Assembly: GCA_017626845.1 (NCBI GenBank)
Contig: JAGAHX010000009.1
Location: 33,425 to 97,424, forward strand
DNA: 64,000 nt
Direction of reading: 5' to 3'
DNA from: Bacillota bacterium
GTDB taxonomy: Bacteria; Bacillota; Clostridia; Peptostreptococcales; Anaerovoracaceae
The position numbers were made by a program, and so were the translations under genes. A model generated the notes under the pieces. The model made no database searches. It was given only the letters and a program-made list of their open reading frames with translations, and was not told the DNA's origin. This document shows, one piece after another, positions 26,642 through 36,561 of the stretch (its first letter is position 1; every line of letters starts with the position of its first letter).

Positions 26642-28015
26642 TTATTCCGGTATCTTCGACAGATCCGTTCTCCAGAGTCTCCGCAGCATTAAGAGGGAGA
26701 AGACCAGGGAGAATCCTTCCGCCAGGGGGAAGGCGTACCAGACGCCCATCACGCCGATCGCCTTGCTCAGGATATAAGCGGCGGGCACGATCAGGACGAG
26801 CTGGCGCAGGATGGAGGTCAGAAGGGAGTAGACGCCGCGGCCGGTGGCCTGGAACAGCGTTCCCGTAATGATGCCGATGGCGGCGAAGGGGAAGCACAGG
26901 GAGATGGTCCGCAGAGCCTTGACGCCGACGTTCATCAGGTCGCCTTCCGCTTTGAACAGGGTCATCAGCTGCGCCGGGAAGAGTTGGAAGATCAGCAGAC
27001 CGACGATCATGATGCCCAGGGCGATGAGGATGCCCAGCTTATAAGCCTTCATCAAGCGGCCTCTGCTGCGCGCGCCGTAATTGTAGCCCATGATGGGCAT
27101 CAATCCGTGGTTCATGCCGAACACCGGCATAAAGACGAAGCTCTGCAGCTTGAAATAGACGCCCAGCACCGCGACGGCGGCTTCGGAGAACGCGATGAGG
27201 ATCGCGTTGAGGCAGATCGTCATGACGGAGCCGATGGACTGCATCACCATGGAGGGAAGGCCGACCTGGTAGATGTCCTTGATGGTGCGGCCGCTGATGG
27301 CGAATCTGCCGTACTTGACCTTCACCGGCAGCTCCAGCTTATGCATGAATATGTTGGACACGATAAAGCAGACGCACTGTCCGATGACGGTGGCGATGGC
27401 TGCACCGGCGACGCCGAGGGCCGGGAAGCCGAAGTAGCCGAAGATCATGATGGGATCCAGGATGATATTCGTAACGGCGCCGGACAGCATGCACCACATG
27501 GGCGCGATCATGTTGCCGCCCGCCTGCATGATCTTCTCCATGGAGGAAGAGCACAGGGCGAACAGGGAGCCGATGCAGACGATGCTGCAGTAGGCGACAG
27601 CGGGTTCGATGAGCGTTGCGTTATCGGAAAAGGCCGTGGCGAAGGGGCGGCTTCCGAAGAAGCCGAACAATACGAAGATGACCCAATGGCAGAGCGCCAG
27701 GAACAGACCGTGTTCCGCCGCATTCTGGGCCGCTTCCACATCCTTGGCGCCTAGACGGCGGGAGATGAGGGAAGACAGACCGATGCTGGCGCCTACGCCT
27801 ACGGAGATGTTGATGAGCTGGATGGGATAGACGAGAGATACAGCGGAAAGCGCGTATTCGCCCAGTCTCGACACGAAGATGCTGTCGACGATGTTGTACA
27901 GCGCCTGCACCAGCATGGAGAACATGGAGGGCAGGGACATTTTTATGATGAGAGGCAGCATGGCCATTTCACCCATGCGCAGGGTATTCTGATTCTGTAT
28001 TTTTTCGTTTGCCAT
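26642..28015 (-). CDS. MATE-family efflux transporter
   Basis: 457 aa and 12-TM-like. The N-terminal MLPLIIKMSLPSMFSMLVQALYNIVDSIFV is typical of MATE/NorM. Confidence 0.85.
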   Translation of the reverse strand: MANEKIQNQNTLRMGEMAMLPLIIKMSLPSMFSMLVQALYNIVDSIFVSRLGEYALSAVSLVYPIQLINISVGVGASIGLSSLISRRLGAKDVEAAQNAAEHGLFLALCHWVIFVLFGFFGSRPFATAFSDNATLIEPAVAYCSIVCIGSLFALCSSSMEKIMQAGGNMIAPMWCMLSGAVTNIILDPIMIFGYFGFPALGVAGAAIATVIGQCVCFIVSNIFMHKLELPVKVKYGRFAISGRTIKDIYQVGLPSMVMQSIGSVMTICLNAILIAFSEAAVAVLGVYFKLQSFVFMPVFGMNHGLMPIMGYNYGARSRGRLMKAYKLGILIALGIMIVGLLIFQLFPAQLMTLFKAEGDLMNVGVKALRTISLCFPFAAIGIITGTLFQATGRGVYSLLTSILRQLVLIVPAAYILSKAIGVMGVWYAFPLAEGFSLVFSLLMLRRLWRTDLSKIPE

Positions 28016-28084
28016 AGAATAATTTTATTCCTTCCTTAAGATAAGCAAAAGGCATTCTATCATTGCAGATGAAACAAAGTCAAG

Positions 28085-28114
28085 TTGCACAGACGGCAAG
28101 GATTGTGGTAATAT
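28085..28114 (+). promoter_or_regulatory. Sigma-A promoter with extended -10 (TTGCAC-18 nt-TGgTAATAT)
   Basis: Hexamers at 28085-28090 and 28109-28114, with TG at -15/-14. Confidence 0.5.
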
Positions 28115-28145
28115 GATTCCATAAATACAGGAAGGAGTGATACCA

Positions 28146-28871
28146 GTGGGTAGACACGGTACAATAGCAGGCAGAAAGGCGGCTCAGGATTCGAAGAGAG
28201 CCGCGGTATTCACCAAGTACGCAAGATTAATTACAGTAGCAGCAAAGGCGGGCGGAGATCCCGATTACAATCCTTCGCTGAGACAGGCCATCGATAAGGC
28301 CAAGGGCATCGGAATGCCCAACGACAACATTACCAGAGCCATTAAGAAGGGCACCGGCGAACTGGGCGGCGAGTCTTACGAGACCGTTACGTTCGAAGGT
28401 TACGGCGCGGGCGGTGTAGCCGTCATCGTAGAGACCCTGACCGACAACAGGAACAGAACGACGGCAAGCGTAAAGCATGCCTTCGATAAATATAACGGAA
28501 ACTTCGGCGTTCCCGGATGCGTTTCCTACATGTTCTCCCGCAAAGGCGTCTTCGTCTTCGACAAGGAAGAGGGCGTAACGGAAGACCAGCTGATGGAAGT
28601 CGCGCTGGAAGCGGGTGCCGACGATATCGTCGAATATGAAGACAGCTTCGAAGTCACCTGCGAACCCGATGTGTTCAACGACGTCAACGACGCGCTGAAG
28701 GCTGCCGGGATCGAACCCATGGAAGCCGACGTCGAAATGGTGCCCTCCGTCGAGAGCACACCGACCGATGAATCCGCCATCAAGAGCCTCAAGAAGATGA
28801 TCGAGATCCTCGAGGACGATGACGACGTTCAGAAAGTATATACGAACTGCACCATAGATCTGTACGAATAA
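28146..28871 (+). CDS. YebC/PmpR-family transcriptional regulator or translation factor
   Basis: GTG 28146 is well spaced from AAGGAG. KAAQDSKRAAVFTK, NRNRT and DDVQKVY motifs are present. Confidence 0.85.
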   Translation: MGRHGTIAGRKAAQDSKRAAVFTKYARLITVAAKAGGDPDYNPSLRQAIDKAKGIGMPNDNITRAIKKGTGELGGESYETVTFEGYGAGGVAVIVETLTDNRNRTTASVKHAFDKYNGNFGVPGCVSYMFSRKGVFVFDKEEGVTEDQLMEVALEAGADDIVEYEDSFEVTCEPDVFNDVNDALKAAGIEPMEADVEMVPSVESTPTDESAIKSLKKMIEILEDDDDVQKVYTNCTIDLYE

Positions 28872-29072
28872 GAATCAGATGTCCTGGGGTGTTCGTTAAG
28901 ACTCTTAATTCAACCTACAGTTTCACATTGGGATTCCGGATGTCGCGTCCGCGTGTATGTCAGGCCTCCGTTGCAGTGGAAGGCAGAAAACGGACCGCAG
29001 GAGACCCACCTATCTATCGATAGGGCGTGAATTAAAGTCTGACGGCACTCTGGGCTTCTTCGTTTTTACGGG

Positions 29073-29642
29073 ATGGATTTCGAGCTGAAAAGGACAATAG
29101 ATCGAGCAAAGAAGGGAGACGAGGACGCATTCGCTTCCCTTATTTCTCGTGTCCAGAATACCGGCTATTCCGTCGCCTTCCGCTACATGGAGAACGATGC
29201 CGACACCAGGGACGTAATGCAGGAAGCGTTCATCAAGATGTACCGCAACCTGGATTCCTTTAAGGGAGACAGCAGCTTCGAGACCTGGTTTACGCGCATC
29301 CTGATAAACTGCTGTCTGGACGAGCTGCGAAAACGAAAAAACAACTACGGGCACGAGGACATCGACGAGCATTACGATCTCGCCGATACCGGGCCCGGCA
29401 CCGAAGCCCAGATCCTCAAGAAAGAGAGGCAAAAGGCGGTGACGGACGCCATCAGGCAATTGCCCGAGGAGGCCCGGAACATCATTATCCTGAGAGAATT
29501 TCAGGGGCTCAGCTACGAAGAGCTGGCGGATGTTCTGGATCTGGAACCGGGAACGGTAAAATCCAGGCTGAACCGGGCGAAACAAAAATTAAAAGAAATT
29601 TTATTGCAAACCATGGAACAAAGTTCGATCTGGGACGTCTAA
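29073..29642 (+). CDS. ECF-type RNA polymerase sigma-70 factor
   Basis: Region 2 (DVMQEAFIKMY) and region 4 (REFQGLSYEELADVLDLEPGTVKSRLNRAK). Confidence 0.85.
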   Translation: MDFELKRTIDRAKKGDEDAFASLISRVQNTGYSVAFRYMENDADTRDVMQEAFIKMYRNLDSFKGDSSFETWFTRILINCCLDELRKRKNNYGHEDIDEHYDLADTGPGTEAQILKKERQKAVTDAIRQLPEEARNIIILREFQGLSYEELADVLDLEPGTVKSRLNRAKQKLKEILLQTMEQSSIWDV

Positions 29643-29650
29643 CAGGTAAG

Positions 29651-30559
29651 ATGGACGATTTGAGACTTGATAATTTAATAGACGAAACGCTCAAGACGAT
29701 CGATCCCGTCGAGATCCCTGAGGATCTGCATTTTGATGCTGCCAAGATCATGAGGCTCGCCAGAATGGAAGAAGAAGCGGAAGCCGAGGCGAAAAGAGAG
29801 GAGAGACCTGCGCCTTTGCTGAGCCTTTCACGTCTGCGCGACGTATTCCAATCCCGCAGTTGGACAAGATATGCTGCTGCAGCAGCCGCATTTGCAATTC
29901 TTCTGGGCGTCTATGGCTTCTCCCAAAACGGAGAAGGAAACCCTGTCGTACCGGTACCGGGCGGCCCCACGAACGTAGCCGATGTCGAGATCGATGACGG
30001 TCAGATCCCTCTGGCCGAGCCGGATGACCCCATGCAGGGTGAGGAAGATCCTGCGGTCACCCCCGGAACGGAAGTCGATCCGCAGCCGGAGACCGACCCG
30101 CAGCCCGCTGTTACGCCGGCACCGCCGGTCCAGAGCGCAGAGAATACCCCGGCACCGGTCCAGCCGCAGCCGGCACCTGCTCCCGCGGAACCGGAAACAC
30201 CCCCTGAAGTGATCGATGACCAGGAAACGCCTGCAGCGGAAGGTCCGGAATATGCAGGCGGACTGGAAGAGAACCCCGCAGAAGGCGAAACGCCGCAGCC
30301 AGACCCGGCGGTAGATCCTGAGAATCCGCAGGAAGACATCCTGGGCAGCCTGCTGGAACTGGCAATGCAGAACGAAAGTTTTGCGGAAAGCTTTGCCGCG
30401 GAGGACAAAGGATACGGATATCAGCTGCTCAAGGCAGAAGATGTGCCTGACGGCACGCAGTTTATGGTATACTTTTACGAGAGCGAGGAAGAAGCCGCTG
30501 CTCAGACCGTAAACGAGGAAAACGTCAGGAGCATCTTATGGAAGAGAGAATCGTTATAA
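29651..30559 (+). CDS. Putative anti-sigma factor: single-pass membrane protein with a Pro/Glu-rich ectodomain
   Basis: Immediately downstream of the ECF sigma gene. TM is YAAAAAAFAILLGVYGF. Low-complexity PQPETDPQPAVTPAPP region. Confidence 0.55.
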   Translation: MDDLRLDNLIDETLKTIDPVEIPEDLHFDAAKIMRLARMEEEAEAEAKREERPAPLLSLSRLRDVFQSRSWTRYAAAAAAFAILLGVYGFSQNGEGNPVVPVPGGPTNVADVEIDDGQIPLAEPDDPMQGEEDPAVTPGTEVDPQPETDPQPAVTPAPPVQSAENTPAPVQPQPAPAPAEPETPPEVIDDQETPAAEGPEYAGGLEENPAEGETPQPDPAVDPENPQEDILGSLLELAMQNESFAESFAAEDKGYGYQLLKAEDVPDGTQFMVYFYESEEEAAAQTVNEENVRSILWKRESL

Positions 30560-33240
30560 TCGACGGCAACAGCCTGGTCAACCGGGCTTACTATGCCATT
30601 CAGAGACCTATGATGACGAAAGAAGGGCTGTATACGCAGGGCGTGTACGGCTTTCTTTCTATGCTTCAGAAGATACGGAAAGATTATAAGCCGACCCACA
30701 TGCTGGTGGCCTACGACCGCAAGGCGCCCACGTTCCGGCATCTGGAATACGGAGAATATAAGGCCGGCCGGCGGAAGATGCCCCTGGAGCTGGCCATGGA
30801 ACTGCCGGTCTTAAAAGACGTGCTGGATGCCATGGGCATTAAGCAGTACGAGATCGACGGTTTCGAAGCGGACGACATCATCGGCACCACCGCGAAGATG
30901 GCCGAGGATGCAAATGTTCCTGCGTTCATCATTACGGGAGATAAGGACGCCCTGCAGCTGGCGACGGACAAGACGTCCGTCATCATTACGAAGAAGGGCA
31001 TTTCCGAGTTTAAACTGTACGACGATGCCGCCATGATCGAAGAATACGGCTTCGACCACAAGCAGTTCATCGATTATAAGGGCCTGCGCGGCGATACCTC
31101 CGACAACATCCCGGGCATTCCCGGCGTCGGAGAAAAGACGGCGACCAAGCTGCTTCTGCAGTTCGGCAGCATCGAAAACATGATCGCCCACGTGGACGAG
31201 ATCGAAAACGCGAAGCTGCGGGAAAAGATCGAAGACGGCGCCCAGTCCGCCATGATGAGCAAGAGGCTTGCTACGATCATCACGAACGTTCCCGTGGATT
31301 ACACCATCGAGGACTGCCGCATCGGCAAAGAGGACCGGGACCGCCTTATCGGGCTGTATCAGAAGCTGGAATTCAAGACCTATCTGAAGAAGCTTATGGA
31401 AGAGGCTTCCGATCCTGACACGTCCACAACGATCCCTTCGACAAGCTCAGGGAACGTTTCCGAGACCGCAGAAGAGACAGCCGCATCGATCTCCATCCTT
31501 CAGCCGGAAAGCCTTCCCCTGACGGACGACGTTCTCCGCAGTCTGAAGGACGGACAGGAGATCTATATCGATCTGGAGACGGACAACGATCACCGAAAGA
31601 CGCCCAGCGTGGATCTGCTGCAGATCTGTGACGGAAAAGCGGTCTATACGGGACTTGCAGACCTCGCGCTGCTGTCCGGAAAGACTTTAAAGCTCTGCGG
31701 CAGCGGACTGGAAAAGGTCTGGTACGTGCTGAAGAGCCGCGGGATCGATACCGATGCCATGGAGACGGGAAGCGACCTGGCTCTGGCCAACTATGTGCTG
31801 GACCCTGCCGCCAAGACGCCGGCCCTCCGGGATCTGGCCTTTTCGGAATTGAAGGTCGACATCGCCGCCGGAACGCAGCCGAACAAAGAAACGCAGATGG
31901 ATCTGTTTTCCGCCGTTTCTGCCGATCCCTTCGAAGAAGCAAAACAGACCGCAGGCCTGAAGTTCGGCGCCATGATGGCACTGAGAAACCTTCTGGAACA
32001 GCGGATCGATGAGGCCTGTTTACAGAAAGTTTATTATGATATTGAACTGCCGCTGTGCAAAGTCCTCGCCGAGATGGAGAAAAACGGCATCGACGTGGAC
32101 AGCGGAGCGCTGCAGGAATTCGGCAAAGAGCTGAAAGTGCGCATCGATGCTCTGGTCCAGGAGATCTACGGCCTTGCCGGGGAAGAGTTCAACATCAATT
32201 CGCCCATGCAGCTCGGAAACATCCTGTTCGAAAAGATGGGGCTGCCCGCGGGCAAAAAGACGAAGAAAGGGTATTCCACCAACGCGGAGATCCTGGAAAA
32301 GCTGGCGCCGGATTATCCCATCGTCGAAAAGGTGCTGGAATTCCGAACGCTGTCCAAGCTCAACAGCACCTACGTGGAAGGGCTGCTGCCCCTAGTGGGA
32401 GCAGACGGCCGCATCCATGCCCACTTCCAGCAGACCGTTACGGCGACGGGCCGCATCAGCTGCACCGAGCCGAATCTGCAGAACATCCCGGTGCGCCAGG
32501 AGCTGGGCAGACAGCTGCGCAAAGTCTTTACGTCCGGCAGCGAGGATATGGTGCTGATGGGCGCCGACTATTCCCAGATCGAACTGCGGGTGCTGGCCCA
32601 CATGTCGAACGATCCCACGCTGATCGAAGCGTTCAACGAAGGGCTGGACATTCACCGGGAGACGGCCGCCAAGGTGTTCGGCGTGCCCCAGGACGAAGTG
32701 ACCCCGCTCATGAGATCCAACGCCAAAGCGGTCAATTTCGGGGTCATCTACGGCATGAGCGGCTTCGGCCTGTCCGAAGAACTCTCCATTACGAGAAAGC
32801 AGGCGGAGCAGTACATCAAAGACTATTTCCACCGTTTTCCCGGGGTCAAACAGTTTATGGACGGCTGCATCGCGGACTGCAAGGCCGCAGGCGAGATCCG
32901 CACCCTGTACGGCAGGCGCCGCAGCGTGCCGGAGATCCACGCATCGCAGTTCATGGTGCGGCAGCTGGGCGAACGGCTGGCGATGAACACGCCTATCCAG
33001 GGAACCGCTGCGGACATTATAAAACTCGCCATGATCCGCACGGAAAAGGCGCTGCGGGAGCAGTGCCCGGAAGCGCAGCTCATCCTGCAGATCCACGATG
33101 AGCTCATCCTGCGGGTGCCGAAGGAGAAGGAAGAACTGGCTGGAAAGATCCTGCGGGAGAGCATGGAAAACGCCGCTTGTCTTGCGGTAAAACTGGATGT
33201 AGACTTAAACATAGGCCAAAACTGGTACGAATTGAAATAA
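30538..33240 (+). CDS. polA: DNA polymerase I
   Basis: 900 aa. 5'-nuclease domain IIDGNSLVNRAYYA. Pol motifs DYSQIELRVLAH, KAVNFGVIYG and QIHDELI. Confidence 0.95.
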   Translation: MEERIVIIDGNSLVNRAYYAIQRPMMTKEGLYTQGVYGFLSMLQKIRKDYKPTHMLVAYDRKAPTFRHLEYGEYKAGRRKMPLELAMELPVLKDVLDAMGIKQYEIDGFEADDIIGTTAKMAEDANVPAFIITGDKDALQLATDKTSVIITKKGISEFKLYDDAAMIEEYGFDHKQFIDYKGLRGDTSDNIPGIPGVGEKTATKLLLQFGSIENMIAHVDEIENAKLREKIEDGAQSAMMSKRLATIITNVPVDYTIEDCRIGKEDRDRLIGLYQKLEFKTYLKKLMEEASDPDTSTTIPSTSSGNVSETAEETAASISILQPESLPLTDDVLRSLKDGQEIYIDLETDNDHRKTPSVDLLQICDGKAVYTGLADLALLSGKTLKLCGSGLEKVWYVLKSRGIDTDAMETGSDLALANYVLDPAAKTPALRDLAFSELKVDIAAGTQPNKETQMDLFSAVSADPFEEAKQTAGLKFGAMMALRNLLEQRIDEACLQKVYYDIELPLCKVLAEMEKNGIDVDSGALQEFGKELKVRIDALVQEIYGLAGEEFNINSPMQLGNILFEKMGLPAGKKTKKGYSTNAEILEKLAPDYPIVEKVLEFRTLSKLNSTYVEGLLPLVGADGRIHAHFQQTVTATGRISCTEPNLQNIPVRQELGRQLRKVFTSGSEDMVLMGADYSQIELRVLAHMSNDPTLIEAFNEGLDIHRETAAKVFGVPQDEVTPLMRSNAKAVNFGVIYGMSGFGLSEELSITRKQAEQYIKDYFHRFPGVKQFMDGCIADCKAAGEIRTLYGRRRSVPEIHASQFMVRQLGERLAMNTPIQGTAADIIKLAMIRTEKALREQCPEAQLILQIHDELILRVPKEKEELAGKILRESMENAACLAVKLDVDLNIGQNWYELK

Positions 33241-33265
33241 TAATAGATAAGAAAGAGGTAATGAA

Positions 33266-33856
33266 ATGATATTTGGATTAACAGGGGGCATCGGCTCCGG
33301 CAAGAGCACGGTCGCGAACATCCTGCGGGATAAGGGATATATCGTTTTAGATGCCGACGCGATCGGCAGAGAAGTGACGGCGAAGGACGAACCGCTCCTT
33401 CGTATGCTGGTCAAGGAATTCGGCATCGAGATCATCAACGAAGACGGCACGCTGGACCGCAGAACGCTGGCACGGCTCGTGTTCGGCGATAAGTGGAAGA
33501 CCCATCGTCTCAACGAACTGGTGCAGACCGCCATTCTGGTCCGCGCCATGGCGAAGTTCCACAGCCTCGAGCTGGGCGGAGAGAAGAAGGTCATGTTCTT
33601 CGACGTGCCGCTGCTGTTCGAAGCCGGCTGGGACAAGTACGTCCAGGAAGTCTGGCTCGTTACGGCGCCGGAAGACATCCGCATCCAGCGGATCGAAGTC
33701 CGCGACGGTCTTTCGGAAGAGGAGATCCGCTCCCGCATTAAGCTGCAGATGAGCGAAGAAGAGAAGATGGAGCGTTCCGACGTGATCATCGAAAACGATG
33801 AAGGCATGGCGAAGCTGATGGGCCAGGTGGAAAAAGCCATCGCAGAAAGGCTGTAA
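33266..33856 (+). CDS. coaE: Dephospho-CoA kinase
   Basis: GLTGGIGSGKST P-loop at the N-terminus. 196 aa. Confidence 0.9.
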   Translation: MIFGLTGGIGSGKSTVANILRDKGYIVLDADAIGREVTAKDEPLLRMLVKEFGIEIINEDGTLDRRTLARLVFGDKWKTHRLNELVQTAILVRAMAKFHSLELGGEKKVMFFDVPLLFEAGWDKYVQEVWLVTAPEDIRIQRIEVRDGLSEEEIRSRIKLQMSEEEKMERSDVIIENDEGMAKLMGQVEKAIAERL

Positions 33857-33857
33857 T

Positions 33858-35264
33858 ATGCCCCAGAAGAAGTTTGAAAATAAAGTAGAAGTCATAAAAT
33901 ATAAGGTCCTGCGGGAGCTCGCCAGAGCGATCTGGGAGGATCACGACCCGTTCACCGTGTTCAACGACATCGCAGGATCCGTCATCAAGAAGGGTGAACC
34001 GCCCATGAGCTGCTGCATTTACAAAGACAGAGCCATCGTGGCGGACCGCATGCGCATGGGTATCGGCGAATACCACGGCCACAACGACACGATCCAGGTG
34101 GTCGATATCGCCTGCGACGAATGTCCGAAGGCCGGCTATATGGTAACAGACCTGTGCCGCGGGTGCCTTGCGCACAACTGCCGCGAAGCCTGCCCCAGAG
34201 ACGCCATCGCCATCGATGAACGGGGCCACAGCCACATCGATAAGAGCCGCTGCGTCGAATGCGGCCGCTGCTCCCAGGCCTGCCAGTACGGCGCCATCAT
34301 CAACCTGCAGCGCCCCTGCGAAAAGGTGTGCCCCACGGGCGCCATCCATATGGCGGAGACCGGCGAAGCGGTCGTTGACCAGGAGAAATGCATCGTCTGC
34401 GGCCAGTGCGTGTATCACTGCCCGTTCGGCGCTCCCAACGACATTTCCGCCATCGTAAAGGTCATCCGGCAGATCAAGGCAAATGACGGCCGCAAGGTCT
34501 ATGCCATCGTGGCGCCGGCAGTTTCGGCCCAGTTCCCCGGCGGAACGACCGAACAAGTCTATACGGCAATCAAGAAGGTCGGCTTCGACGATGTGGTGGA
34601 AGTCGCGAAGGGTGCGGACGAAACGGCCCGCACGGAAGCGGCAGAACTGCTGGAGAAGGGCTTCCTCACCACGTCCTGCTGCCCGGCATTCGTGGAATAT
34701 ATCCATGTAAAGTTCCCGGAACTGGACCAGTACGTCAGCCACACGCTGTCGCCCATGGCCTATACCGGCAAGGCGATCAAGGAAGCGGATCCGAACGCCG
34801 TGGTCGTGTTCATCGGGCCCTGCATGGCCAAGAAATACGAACGCAAGAAGGACTGCTCCAAAGATTATATCGACCATGTGCTGACGTTCTTCGAACTGCA
34901 GGCGCTGTTCGATTCCAAGGATATCGTGCTCTCCGAACTGGAGCCCACGGATCTGCAGGACGGCAGCAGCTTCGGCAGAGCCTACTGCAAGAGCGGCGGT
35001 GTGGCGGCGTCCGTAGCACAGGCCGTGAAGGAGATGGGAAGGGAAGACTTCGTCGTAAAGCCCGTCGTCTGCAACGGCATCGAAGAATGCAGAGCAGCGC
35101 TGATGAAGGCGAAGGTAGGCAAGCTGGACGGCAACATCATCGAAGGCATGTGCTGCCCGGACGGCTGCATGCGCGGCATGGGGACCCTGGTGAACAAGCA
35201 GAACTCCATGAAGTTCGTCGCGGATTATGCGGCTTCTGCGCAGAAGAAGACGATCTTAGACTAG
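33858..35264 (+). CDS. [FeFe]-hydrogenase catalytic subunit with N-terminal 4Fe-4S ferredoxin domains
   Basis: All three H-cluster motifs are present (TTSCCPAF, GPCMAKKYE, EGMCCPDGCMRG), plus CxxCxxCxxxCP clusters. Confidence 0.8.
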   Translation: MPQKKFENKVEVIKYKVLRELARAIWEDHDPFTVFNDIAGSVIKKGEPPMSCCIYKDRAIVADRMRMGIGEYHGHNDTIQVVDIACDECPKAGYMVTDLCRGCLAHNCREACPRDAIAIDERGHSHIDKSRCVECGRCSQACQYGAIINLQRPCEKVCPTGAIHMAETGEAVVDQEKCIVCGQCVYHCPFGAPNDISAIVKVIRQIKANDGRKVYAIVAPAVSAQFPGGTTEQVYTAIKKVGFDDVVEVAKGADETARTEAAELLEKGFLTTSCCPAFVEYIHVKFPELDQYVSHTLSPMAYTGKAIKEADPNAVVVFIGPCMAKKYERKKDCSKDYIDHVLTFFELQALFDSKDIVLSELEPTDLQDGSSFGRAYCKSGGVAASVAQAVKEMGREDFVVKPVVCNGIEECRAALMKAKVGKLDGNIIEGMCCPDGCMRGMGTLVNKQNSMKFVADYAASAQKKTILD

Positions 35265-35280
35265 AAAATAAACTAAATTA

Positions 35281-35317
35281 AAAGCCACGACCGTTATTCA
35301 ACACTCGTGGCTTTTTA
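35281..35317. terminator. Bidirectional terminator between convergent genes
   Basis: AAAGCCACGA...TCGTGGCTTTTT: a 7-bp GC-rich stem flanked by A and T runs. Confidence 0.7.
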
Positions 35318-35339
35318 TTGATCTGTTTTGTCTTTTACT

Positions 35340-36551
35340 TTATCCTTCGAAATCTACGACATCGGAGAACGTACGCAGATAATCGGTATAGGATCTGCCG
35401 GTCGTCATGGATTCCGGATCCATTACGAATTTCATGCCGGCGGTCATGCAGAGACGTTCAGCCTTGGCACGCTGCACTTCGTCCTCGATGGACTTGATGT
35501 CCTTTACCTTGGACGTTCCTACCACGCGGCGGATGAGCTCCGTGCCGGCAAAACCGGCCTGGTCTTTAAAGATATCTTCCAGATACAGATCGAAGAAGGC
35601 TTCGGAACGCATCTGCCGGTCTGCGGACTTTTCCCGCATCAATTGCTTGGCATTTTCGACGAACCTGCCGCAGAATTCCTCGATCGTATCGAGGATCCAT
35701 TCCAGATACTCCGTCTTTTCCATGCCGTCCTCCAGGCAATAGAGTCCATTCGCGTAGGCGAAGATCATGTTGGCGATAAAGTTGCCCGTGTCGTAGCCGA
35801 TGGGCCCGTAAAAGGCGAATTCCGGGTCCAGGATGCAGGTCTTGTCCGGCGTCACGAAGATGGATCCCGTGTGCAGATCGCCGTGGAGCAGGGCCTGGGC
35901 CTTGGTCTCAAACAGGGCTTTCAGCATGCCGACCTTGGCGTGCAGCTCCTCGCTGCCGTAGATCCAGGTGCGCATGAATTCGTCGTTTTCGTCTGTGACC
36001 CCGTTATCGTCCAGATCCTCGTAATAGGGCTCCGTGAGCACGTGCCGCTCCGTGATCTCGCACAGTTTCGGGTTGGTGTAGCGCTTCACCAGTTCTTTTT
36101 TCTGTTCTGCACCCACGATCATATCCGTGGAGCCGATAAGGGCTTTGCCGCAGAACTCCGCCACGTCTTTCGCCAGATTGGGGAAGATCTTGTGGCGGCA
36201 GAGTTCGTAGCGCAGGTTCTCATAGCCCCTCATGTCTTCCATCACGATATTGTGTTCGTCCTCGTCGTACAGATAGACCTCGGGGATGAGAGAAGGGCAA
36301 TATTCCCGCTGAAGCTTCAGCACTTCGCACTCGATCTTGCTGCGGTCGAAACCGATGTGCCGGTTGGGGTTGACCCGCAGCGTATCCTCGGCGTGCTTGA
36401 TGATGAGAGACTTGCCGTTTTCGTCCTCCACCCGGAACACGTAGTTGATGTTGCCGTCGGAGAGTTCGGCCGCTTTCAGCTGGGCATCTTTCCCGAAAAA
36501 GTCGGGCAGGTTCTTCTGGATAAAATCGATGGCGGTTTGCGGTGTATACAT
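35340..36551 (-). CDS. mtnK: S-methyl-5-thioribose kinase
   Basis: 403 aa. SDGNINYVFRV and HGDLHTGSIF (APH-type kinase) are typical of MtnK. Confidence 0.85.
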   Translation of the reverse strand: MYTPQTAIDFIQKNLPDFFGKDAQLKAAELSDGNINYVFRVEDENGKSLIIKHAEDTLRVNPNRHIGFDRSKIECEVLKLQREYCPSLIPEVYLYDEDEHNIVMEDMRGYENLRYELCRHKIFPNLAKDVAEFCGKALIGSTDMIVGAEQKKELVKRYTNPKLCEITERHVLTEPYYEDLDDNGVTDENDEFMRTWIYGSEELHAKVGMLKALFETKAQALLHGDLHTGSIFVTPDKTCILDPEFAFYGPIGYDTGNFIANMIFAYANGLYCLEDGMEKTEYLEWILDTIEEFCGRFVENAKQLMREKSADRQMRSEAFFDLYLEDIFKDQAGFAGTELIRRVVGTSKVKDIKSIEDEVQRAKAERLCMTAGMKFVMDPESMTTGRSYTDYLRTFSDVVDFEG

Positions 36552-36561
36552 GGAGTCCTCC

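Noticed and set aside
28872-29072. Possible small RNA or riboswitch in the 200-nt gap upstream of the ECF sigma gene.
   Set aside because: I found only a 10-bp palindrome (CTATCGATAG) and weak hairpins, and no known motif. It is more likely promoter and operator space.
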